Below are positions 12,001 to 16,964 of a stretch of 61,337 nucleotides of DNA, piece by piece (position 1 is the first letter of the stretch; the number at the start of each line of letters is the position of its first letter). The notes below the pieces were generated by a model. The model did no database searches, was not told where the DNA came from, and saw only the letters and a list, made by a program, of their open reading frames with translations. Source of the DNA: an uncultured virus (IMG/VR IMGVR_UViG_3300013119_000533) (Duplodnaviria > Heunggongvirae > Uroviricota > Caudoviricetes); the IMG/VR virus record IMGVR_UViG_3300013119_000533, positions 62,001-123,337 of that record; one strand, written 5' to 3'. The position numbers and the translations under genes were made by a program.

Positions 12001-12450
12001 GTTCGGACCACCCTTGATAAAGATATATTCCTTAGTTGCAGGATTGCCATAGTTGCCAGATACCGATGTTCTAGTGCCCCAACCACCGCCTGCTCTGTTT
12101 TCCGAAAGTTTAATGTACCCTGTTGTTCTTGGATATTCATTCTCAAAGAGATGTAGGTCGAAACCACTTGAGTCATTGAAGAATCTTAATTTCTCTCTTA
12201 AGGTACCATCATAAGGGTAGAGTTGCTGGATTCTTTTTATACCTGCATCATAGTATTCTTCCAGGGAACCATATTGAACAAATTCTTCTGGAACAGAAAA
12301 GTCTGTGTGAGATTTTACTCGAACTTTATCCTTGATATATTCTTCAATATATCCAACGGACTCCACGTCCGATAGGTACGCCGAAAAATCTCTTTTGGAT
12401 TCTGTTTTTTGAGAACCCCCACCTCTTCCAAATAAACTTTTAAGACTCAT
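1..12450 (-). CDS. Giant virion structural protein (>4150 aa, 3' end outside window) with LamG/concanavalin-like domains; probably baseplate/tail associated
   Basis: ATG at 12450 directly after the stop of the 771-aa gene (MSLKSLFGRGG...). The frame was open wherever I checked it and is still open at base 1 (...FEYGFNWPYDYFSLIE). Having no in-window stop explains its absence from the ORF track. LamG-like signatures: TVEFWLK..WHHYSFT..SYVDG..SGSLDEFRFW..YYKFNEG (~11300-11950), WHVAVR (~10130), VSFWMY..GWNHYYV..FVNG..EVLVFNKQL..LVAWY (~2660-3560). Confidence 0.9.
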   Translation of the reverse strand, partial: MSLKSLFGRGGGSQKTESKRDFSAYLSDVESVGYIEEYIKDKVRVKSHTDFSVPEEFVQYGSLEEYYDAGIKRIQQLYPYDGTLREKLRFFNDSSGFDLHLFENEYPRTTGYIKLSENRAGGGWGTRTSVSGNYGNPATKEYIFIKGGPNVGNIFHTASSRFSNLEINGQNGNTVEFWLKKPEFVGTSKTKREVVFDFTTTGSVEGEHKYGRFTIELDSSDSAKSPFLVTYQSGTTGFKDVRVGKPALYTSGSDDAWHHYSFTMQNVSSSVRLRSYVDGELHQTIMTGSSVGTLNTAMVGTIGSLVAYKDARELGAGNAASDRPQYPGRGYGKLSGSLDEFRFWKTARNSKEVGRFYNHQIGAGTNKNVENSSLGVYYKFNEGLVGDSGIDNIVLDYSGRVSNGDWVGYASVGRHTGSAITESSASFKEFRDPILYSTHPDVVAFTTSSLEEGYAFDLTNNSSLYYSIPDWIVDEDGQENGHELRKITQIMASYFDSLFIQIKEMKDVKENKYPDLKYKPHPFNNVKLESLGLVTPELFLDKDTINIFNDRNEEDKFREKLHNVKNFIYNNIYNNINSIYKSKGTERSFRNLFRCFGVDSELIKMNLYSTDSVYPLENSYIHSTVKNKYVNFDSESSTDATVFQTASLPGTYRQKDARGYVTGSSALPAGSTTQAQIFFPNRYPIEHDFYRSTPLSSSLFGCHAVRTNTAGQNGTSHAWTAVGDDDANFQVYAVKDTQNSTTAKFVLTCRNGLFDPIETEFIPDLYTSRRWHVAVRTRLENRLNPDAMNVSGSATSYFIELACINAIGNQIDQQHIISSSMSQAVGAAFTQASRRFYVGTHRTDFDGGILQRSDIKATNFRHWLTFLSDDELHQHTIDPKSFGVTNPTRDILPLGNAGGCHTPRSELLTINWNFESLTGSNTNGEMWVTDVSSGSVDSNLVGGSIEDTIKYMHPAKGISFGTIGTGSIDVEFDQAAKLQPLENVRSGDMVNISLNDDVVFTRETKPTDYYFSFEKSMYAVVSDEMLNFFAGINDFNNAIGAPVERFRQDYKGLSKLRQMFFDRVGNSPDIERFMEYYKWLDSSLSVMIDQFVPASVAASEDIRNVIESHILERNKFQSKYPTLELKKVEPLGQIRAINELLYDWNRGHAPLGSPNNKNCLWTSERAQRNTDLFVSGTLETDSDREIIRRASITSVSGSTYATRRLSRPYRLTVEDQRHAKGGDNTFGNKKKRFYTGVTSAHEKTHIAVTASEAASTACKDVINPHKKHKIHAPADIAFTHKDRDINDIAPFTIYSSSIDAPTDYKASLYLNFKKGVDITNLHSDEYGDDREVTLQSPFTERWVGGNAHRHQDLSGSLLGNIENKKDGRSRSEAFKIATGFESATATITVSDHTEINTSDTIQVIATDGTVITATAHGSTTTTTDINNPTFAVGTAAATALAIAACLNGNSRLTAARIASTVVQVTQNVEGASGNTTITITDSGDPGLTKTDFTGGVDGLYVLPPNATGLDDSNLPIIDHSIQHAQVLRGPLAKRPVNIDNIQSTTSSISLGNYNHMYDIVQYTSEDQRKDFLVDNLEQMTSSNSTGIPGVKEFARFARPVRKTVFKARFASPGGTEVAGNSRGGHGLDRETNQYSVYNSLNYRNLSVRGPMNFLSKLPQSASNKDSNSLVTNHKVNANPRHRRSMSGQKYSGETDINKDNLFVQHPIPQNDYQYAWITASLNTAGRPKIEFAGHLHSFTQAALGGNTTGSLRYERTYEFLSASTPFPGAAAFGNPIVNYAGINFHQYPHTLTNQDLDVGSNTSTLTSSLSTITVYKNNFAADKAITGDSGYLGALGPGHQLTASLFNIGLGFTTAVSTATANTYAAEAVDRSGYSKSFVDSFIGATAVSTGPTPFQYGWTSTNGVYQALAFRGTGLPHTDITNPPVSSDYWSWVALFNPITTPGSIDINFDVINQTSRSNNNMYLQYKKSGGSYVTVLELASNNSDLVASVSNNRHDRTEYVQQSVRLSGLGQGPERPLELRWIVRNSDISMDGLWSIRNIEIKAIAPAHFHTMILSKQGPYGYPSWKQLRVGQTQMGRYLRKKNIYAPPMEIGSPSNEGRRVVRTNTLGNYSWPDSTNHRRIYNTDRDVSNSSFRFTDPPVTSNRYPIKLFGMVLDSKGIPKLAVNKFVFSNIVGKFATDNLTNLLRVQTPDDQKINLLDNNMLRGFDLSKPVTDWARFDMDIFPKEENAYLERTRQRTEFKTDDFWKTVRSERTLTNVTNSQGNTIPRMSIWPLDEPDNFRTTALKTTSDHLGADGAGELFANYSVFHNNLHFPSASAVFARPFPMQATSSLPNSFTVQRFILSASYSAGKIYDQGLNTTNVFPENDLFFQAANTTNYNSIGGSGFNTSPGLPPGWKTHTYNGSSYGTASGPTNSVTEAQVGPRVMSDDFGTPSGLSPMAFVGRSVAVSAMYDPPKSSEHTLYRWVRTTSSYDFPGKITFLLRTGASTTAAGGGIVHKSTTPFYVQIGDEDQSRGDRGYRTVATIGSSSGDIDTYASDTAYQFVDVLVTASLTNQKIRFVSVVTGSSAANDISGQWAMKAPNVFEMKTIERDTFADLNVVNNTLEMAISDMTASFITSSVRTYTPTNSKKELFTPFDETGHSVISTTKISNYADLRGRFYTGSFGNSNNTNTPTYGFEEASGTFAYFLHQSGGYHIQNIYKKDERVDHHLFGSQFFKTPEHSGRNPFNFDNYNDFAHQTRLIAKDFSLVPEFRISEHMDHYINTVGGADPYFTCNDSFLTITGAASPSNSSMDNFYKIYSHTDFVKDFEVVEEQMLEIKSATPQRLMLKCKALKKFLPYKGLYPADRMTQLASEFSSSYSQHADGLWRNVLAPYYAPGIAFNTIKSGISVDYPIFEPHEDKIYNQYGVMFQSASVTSYMMTGSSSDFDNFPKANPNLSRNRIEIGGGSEWAKSLTGSIASGNHNDKIGVSFWMYLPMTNARGREQDWRSFSMDSLYPLQQCGTVISLGSGEVEDQAAFKKGFHLGYAIDNDSLTYSGFENKAQAQTGANKKFKTHFVAAGGNGKDFFVMKCTPPDGARFNPGWNHYYVEFDLNTIDVDNFKCFVNGRPYSTAAEITSSAGFTLDGSSAASVVLDGERNCYLGSHLGAVKSLNADSNVDLGFLGNTVDSTLKRGLATTKPSENIMTEVLVFNKQLDKYSVYALGGSNPDNPPAGATQISALSQGDTASSAKFQSKNHGSQIGPRNPYTVLPRSLHDNLVAWYRPGNDTGYMKAKSSLYASSDYLTDASMTNNLPVFNHASPLYSGKTILASSGSFESKIPDTTAAPTLANHLSGTFYGFSTWSGSLDQSPSWSSRSRRRWNGITDITNPAQYTLYYYVLNGGEIEGNGSTTYDAPAFKTWWTNARDNAGVNWKVLGTTTRSRDGYMVESTLRDNHPAGLSGSANTFVSGAYTIPTFVVGSKFNFTDDASIPRIGSPEYHKHFYTGSMDIGSEPTSLSLNIDTGIKSVTRIPFEAIVDPAIYTPPTVSTEDGNQTLFYEMEPHPSASLLGANTVKRRLTGDLSGPTVWSGSFNVTGAVQNTDFVRGVAAHSSSLVTKLDLDAIASTTTMYTRAASNFYAECLNLFIENSKGVTIRSSDVPQEIDSSVSTYEARVILGSGRGTSRDNPMYNNPAAFGPPCDVGRVKTKTPGGINLPRYYDKLGYGFAPYLPPHYDGLAEATLKFTPDSNTQYNSIRQILSETTVEFERFVSATGSMSSKGSGRSTTDSSVTMMIPASVNRDHAMHLSASFSGFGFNEDSFVQSYNSETGDIIENRSSLVLQTRFECPTFNFTGTADGDVDQPRTSKTTQTLPKIKGIWHQTGSITGKTRPSVWIGGPRDRSKGDLSKLIGLGIEREYNKIGSLPSSKLIKEAVIAVPFKTVNGEKKFFKLPKEEVYQSVRNLGFPEYRLDTEDARREQREAANILDDAAARRSGGSLPGDASSDRLGDPPRAITPRRSIFKMVKSMMDYNIPPHFNFLKYNDPTSKFIEPFAMYIFEFSVTLSRQDVANIWQNVTPDVGLDSYYGEGSRIISSQVVDHELFGPTDLMEDGGFDEDVQWMVFKVKQKAQTNYFKKKKLDKLPDGHPEKKLSVENDIFEYGFNWPYDYFSLIE

Positions 12451-12452
12451 AA

Positions 12453-14768
12453 TTATTCAACTCTAAATTTAAACTCATCCTTATTAACGATGTTTTGACC
12501 ATAACTATCCGTAGAGACCTCTAGTGCGTACATGTACCCAGGCTCAAATAGAGACATATCAAGCTTGAAAAAACTTCCGCTTGAATCATATGACATCTTA
12601 CTGTGTGGAATACTTCCTGAACCATACGATACAACCTCCTCTCCATCAATAACCCTATACGCCCGATAATATACATTATACAACACTTCATTCTGTAATT
12701 TATTACTTGCTACAGTATATATGTTTGGTTGGTGATCTTTTCTTCTCACATTAAGTCTCAATGATGGATTATCCTTGGTTCTATACACAGGTTTTAGATT
12801 AGACAAGGACACCACATACTCTTCATCTGCATTGCTATATGGGAGAGGTGTGTGTGTCTTGACATATATTGCGGATCCTGTAAACAACTCATGCTTACCG
12901 CCATTGTGACTACTATCCGTATGAGACCAGACATCATAAACCTTTGTGTGAGAACCTGTGGTTGCTAATGATGCGCTGTAAATCCCTGTTTCATGTAAGT
13001 AACATTCCGCAAAGTCTTGTGCCTGACCGTCAGCAAAGGTATTGCTTGGCACTGATACGTTCGTCACCGATGCCATACTAAGCGCTTTGTTGCCTGCGGT
13101 TCCAATAGCGTTCTGGGTGACTGTCACGGTACCGTCGCCGTTGTCTACTGCGGTAACTGCTAAACTGGTGTTCGCAATAGATTGTTGTATTCTTTCTGCA
13201 ATTCCAGCATTGTTGCCAAGCACAGAGAAAATACCAACAGTGGACGTGGTTGAACTATTTGCTGCGACTGAATTGTTCCCCTGTTGGAATGTAAACGTAA
13301 CGGATGCGTCAGCAGAATCGGTCATCGTAAAAGTCTCAGCATTTCCAGGATTACCAGCAACGGTTATAGTTGCCTTTGCGCGTCCATCCTGAACGCCGCC
13401 TCCAACTGGTAGAACAATTGCTTTTGAACTAGACTTGAGGTCTGGATACAATCTAACTCTCATTAGCGCTTCGCCTGTAGATTGATCGGCACCATTGGGA
13501 TCAGTCTTTAGTGCTGGAATGTTGGATAACCCCCTGCGAGTATAGTTGTACATGTATAACTGGTTTAGGTTCTCGGGTCCTGTTGCCAAAGATGAACTCT
13601 TGTAAAAGTTTGCTCTATCATCTCCTATCGAATCATCAAATCTCGCCTCGATACAAGGTCTCTTGAAGAAAAACTCCGTACCTCTAGCAAAAAATTTCTT
13701 AGTGTAGTATGACCTCTGTCGAGAACCATCCTCATAAGACCCTGACATCTTGATCATTACGCCATAATTCTCACGATCAGGATCAACGGTCGACTCTGCA
13801 GCAATCCATTCTTCGACCAATGCAGTTATATTAACCAACACATCTTCTGTTCCATCGGTCAAATCAAATTTGTAGTGTGGTAGGTTTTCTCCAGCAGTGT
13901 ATCCAACTTCATGAAAGTCACCGCCTTGGGTGGTCCAGCGAGATCTACCACCTCTCTGAACTTTTGTCAGTGTAAAGTGGGACGAATTTGAAATACTCTC
14001 TGGTATAATGGATCCAGAGGTGCCACCGACAACAGTGTTAGTGAGTCTAACTGTTGCGTTTGTGGAATCGCCCGTATCTTCGTTTGAGATAGATGCAGAT
14101 AGATTTACACCAACAAGTGCGTCGACAGCTGTCTTTACCTGTTTCGCGAACTTTCTAACATTCGCTGGTCCTGCCTGGTCTAATTGAACCTCGACTTCCG
14201 TGCCGTCAAGAGATGGTGCTGAACCAGTTCCATCGTTATCAAACCAAAAATTGTATCTCTGATCTTCTTTGTTGTCATCTAGGACTTGAACTGAAAAATA
14301 TTTGCCATCATAATGCGATAGGTTTGTTGAAACAAATTTGATATCTGTTATATCCGCCACCTTTGTGTCATTTCGAAATATCCAGTTTGAAACGTCAAGG
14401 TCAGAATACTCCTCCATATCCAGACCAGACCCTTCATCCCAAGAAGCTGAAATTGGTAAGATTGCCAAGGTTGAATCCTTTGGCAGAGTCTGACCATGTT
14501 CGGCATTATGTAATCTCAAAAAGAACCTAACGCTGCCCGATGCGGGGATAGTAGAATTAGTCCTATCTGTTGCGATCTTTGATATATCAAATTTTATGAG
14601 TGCTCTAGATTTCTCCAATGATCCAGACGAAGCCTGTCCAAATATAGAAAAAACTTCTAAGATATCTGAACGACCTGCATTCGATCCCGTTCCCCTGGTC
14701 GTCAACACTGAACTAAATGCATTGTTGATCGTGTTGTCGCCGTTTGAAAAATACCTCTTTATACTCAT
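12453..14768 (-). CDS. Virion structural protein, 771 aa, DNRLRE-like N-terminal region with two inserted beta-rich modules
   Basis: SRALIKFD, SASWDEG.G, WTTQGGDF, NYGVMIK, RPCIEARFDD pattern; located between the baseplate wedge gene and the giant protein; ATGA coupling to the upstream gene. Confidence 0.7.
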   Translation of the reverse strand: MSIKRYFSNGDNTINNAFSSVLTTRGTGSNAGRSDILEVFSIFGQASSGSLEKSRALIKFDISKIATDRTNSTIPASGSVRFFLRLHNAEHGQTLPKDSTLAILPISASWDEGSGLDMEEYSDLDVSNWIFRNDTKVADITDIKFVSTNLSHYDGKYFSVQVLDDNKEDQRYNFWFDNDGTGSAPSLDGTEVEVQLDQAGPANVRKFAKQVKTAVDALVGVNLSASISNEDTGDSTNATVRLTNTVVGGTSGSIIPESISNSSHFTLTKVQRGGRSRWTTQGGDFHEVGYTAGENLPHYKFDLTDGTEDVLVNITALVEEWIAAESTVDPDRENYGVMIKMSGSYEDGSRQRSYYTKKFFARGTEFFFKRPCIEARFDDSIGDDRANFYKSSSLATGPENLNQLYMYNYTRRGLSNIPALKTDPNGADQSTGEALMRVRLYPDLKSSSKAIVLPVGGGVQDGRAKATITVAGNPGNAETFTMTDSADASVTFTFQQGNNSVAANSSTTSTVGIFSVLGNNAGIAERIQQSIANTSLAVTAVDNGDGTVTVTQNAIGTAGNKALSMASVTNVSVPSNTFADGQAQDFAECYLHETGIYSASLATTGSHTKVYDVWSHTDSSHNGGKHELFTGSAIYVKTHTPLPYSNADEEYVVSLSNLKPVYRTKDNPSLRLNVRRKDHQPNIYTVASNKLQNEVLYNVYYRAYRVIDGEEVVSYGSGSIPHSKMSYDSSGSFFKLDMSLFEPGYMYALEVSTDSYGQNIVNKDEFKFRVE

Positions 14769-16558
14769 AATACGGTCCCCTGAATGTCTGCATTGGGATA
14801 CTTGAGTTCATATATGTGATCAAACGGAATAGTTAGAGTCCTACCATCCATGCTTAAATTCTGTTCTATCTCATAAAAGAGAGTAGAGTATTGTTCTCCT
14901 TCCATATTTCGTACCGAGACATCCGTCACGTCGACGACGAAATCTAGATTGCCTAAAAGTTTGTAAATATCGTTTAAGTACAGTGCTTCTCCAAGTTCTG
15001 GGTGGATTCTAAAATATTCAGAAATCTCCCTGTTACAAACTGTGATTGCTTCGGACGAAGTATAACTTCCGTCTGTTACGACCTGATAATCTATCCCAAT
15101 GTTTATTATTCTCGCGTCCAAGATATCAAAAGTATCCGCCATCATTCTATAATGCTCGATCCAGGTCTTTAAATTATTCTTAAGGGTCAAATTACAATCA
15201 GTCAAGTTTCCACTCAAATCTTCCGAAGTGACATAGAGGTTTATGTTTCTCTTAAAAGAATCTTTATCGACAGCAACCGCACACCTCTTTATTGCTCCAA
15301 ACTTCGCTGGCATGCTGTAGACCATAGATTTATAATCCTGCATTGTCACTGCACGGTTTTGAGAAGCAAATTGGTTTTTTGCCCTAACTATAATTTCATC
15401 CGTATCTGGAATTTCCAGATCTCCCAAAATTTGCTCTGGGTTGTGTACCTCTACAGAAGTGACAACCAGACTTCTTTTGGACTGTAACAAGATTGACTCA
15501 TCAGGAAAAGCAAGCACAGGGTTTGTGACGACATTCACGCTTCCAATGCTTGCATTTGTCACGTCCTTATCATCTCTCCTTACTCTGACTGACAATGTTG
15601 TGTTGGCAGGAGAGACTCCCATTTTTGTTGTAGACGTTAAATTTGTCGGATCAAACTCGTTATCAGAAACATACTGACTTCCAAACTGATTTAATACGAC
15701 TTTTGAAGGATCTTCGTAAGATCCCGAAACAATATCATTATCACTACCTTGACCAAACTGAAGTTCTACTCCGTTTTGAAAAAAACTTGCAACATACCTC
15801 CTCGGTACCGTTAAAGGTTTTATGATATTTTTAACCCTCTCGCTGTCTGGGTTCCTATTTGCCAAGTCGACATATATTACATCTTGCGATAAATGATCCA
15901 CTTCGTAATACCGATGCCCTTCCTCGTCAACGACATCAACGATTTCAGAAGCATTTTCCACATTAAGAGTGATGGTTTTAAATCTTTCGAACGCACCAGT
16001 AGAAATCGAGATCGATTCAACGAATCCAGACTTTATCTGACCCAGTGCCCTAATTGCGTACTCAGAAGGGGCGCCCGTATCTGGGTTGGTTGCTGCGACG
16101 ATTGTTTCGTTTTCGGGTGATGAAAAGTCAACATCCTCAATCAACGTATAGCGGCCGCCATCAACACTTGCAAATTCACTCCCCTGTTTTAAGACGGGTA
16201 TATAATTTGTGTCTGGTGTATTTGTTATTGAATTTACTGGGACTGTAATATAAAATTCACAGATACCATAAGATGTGATTGCTTCCGAGTATTTATACCC
16301 CATTGATCTTGCAAGAGATATCACGTTCTGCTTCTCAACAGCAGTCTCTAGAAAACTTTCATTTACCTGGTAGTCCAAGTAGTATGATAAAACGTCTCCA
16401 ACATAAGCTACCGAATCCAATAACAAAGACCCGAAAGATGCTTCCGAAAAGTCCTGGTATGTGTCTGGGTAATATCTTCTGGCGTGCTCAACAAGGCGTG
16501 CCTTTATTGAATTAAAATCTCTCGCTGTGTATGAAATGGGTATCTTCTTCTTTGGCAT
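14765..16558 (-). CDS. Baseplate wedge subunit (T4 gp6-like / baseplate J family)
   Basis: YTARDFNSIK..YYPDTYQDFSEASFG..AYVGDVLSYYLDYQVNESFL..LARSMGY, LQFGQG, QNRAVTMQDY; GAGAGG RBS; adjacent to gp25. Confidence 0.9.
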   Translation of the reverse strand: MPKKKIPISYTARDFNSIKARLVEHARRYYPDTYQDFSEASFGSLLLDSVAYVGDVLSYYLDYQVNESFLETAVEKQNVISLARSMGYKYSEAITSYGICEFYITVPVNSITNTPDTNYIPVLKQGSEFASVDGGRYTLIEDVDFSSPENETIVAATNPDTGAPSEYAIRALGQIKSGFVESISISTGAFERFKTITLNVENASEIVDVVDEEGHRYYEVDHLSQDVIYVDLANRNPDSERVKNIIKPLTVPRRYVASFFQNGVELQFGQGSDNDIVSGSYEDPSKVVLNQFGSQYVSDNEFDPTNLTSTTKMGVSPANTTLSVRVRRDDKDVTNASIGSVNVVTNPVLAFPDESILLQSKRSLVVTSVEVHNPEQILGDLEIPDTDEIIVRAKNQFASQNRAVTMQDYKSMVYSMPAKFGAIKRCAVAVDKDSFKRNINLYVTSEDLSGNLTDCNLTLKNNLKTWIEHYRMMADTFDILDARIINIGIDYQVVTDGSYTSSEAITVCNREISEYFRIHPELGEALYLNDIYKLLGNLDFVVDVTDVSVRNMEGEQYSTLFYEIEQNLSMDGRTLTIPFDHIYELKYPNADIQGTVL

Positions 16559-16573
16559 CAAAAATCCTCTCTA

Positions 16574-16581
16574 TAAATAGT
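16574..16581 (-). promoter_or_regulatory. Candidate late promoter ACTATTTA upstream of the wedge gene
   Basis: The same 8-mer lies just upstream of the tail fibre gene (61276-61283); variants precede other genes. Confidence 0.45.
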
Positions 16582-16964
16582 CATCGAACTGAATTTACAT
16601 CTAATGATAAATTAAGGATATCGTCAGACAAAATCCCCTCTATGTTATAAGATAACTTAATGTTCAGTACGTGTTCTTCGATAAAAACGCTCAAATTTCT
16701 TATAACTACCGCAGGCATGTATGTGTCAATCTGGGTTGCGATCCTGTTTTCAAGTTCTGCTACCACCCTATGTGATTCGTTTTCGAAGAGAAAAGTTCTT
16801 ACACCTACGCCGAAGTCTGGATTCATCACCCTTTCGCCTGGATTAGTTAAAAGTAAATTCTTTAGGTTTTGTTTCGTGTTTTCTGCCAAGGTCTTGTTTA
16901 ATCCAATACATCCCTCTGCTTTTGAGACAGCAACTGGTAACTTTGGGCTGATTCCCACACTCAT
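16581..16964 (-). CDS. Baseplate protein gp25-like (GPW/gp25 family)
   Basis: KQNLKNLLLTNPGERVMNPDFGVGVRTFLFE is the gp25 signature. Confidence 0.92.
   Translation of the reverse strand: MSVGISPKLPVAVSKAEGCIGLNKTLAENTKQNLKNLLLTNPGERVMNPDFGVGVRTFLFENESHRVVAELENRIATQIDTYMPAVVIRNLSVFIEEHVLNIKLSYNIEGILSDDILNLSLDVNSVR

Noticed and set aside
452..12156. The many short ORFs listed on both strands over the first 12 kb
   Set aside because: All are antisense or out-of-frame shadows of the single >4150-aa minus-strand gene
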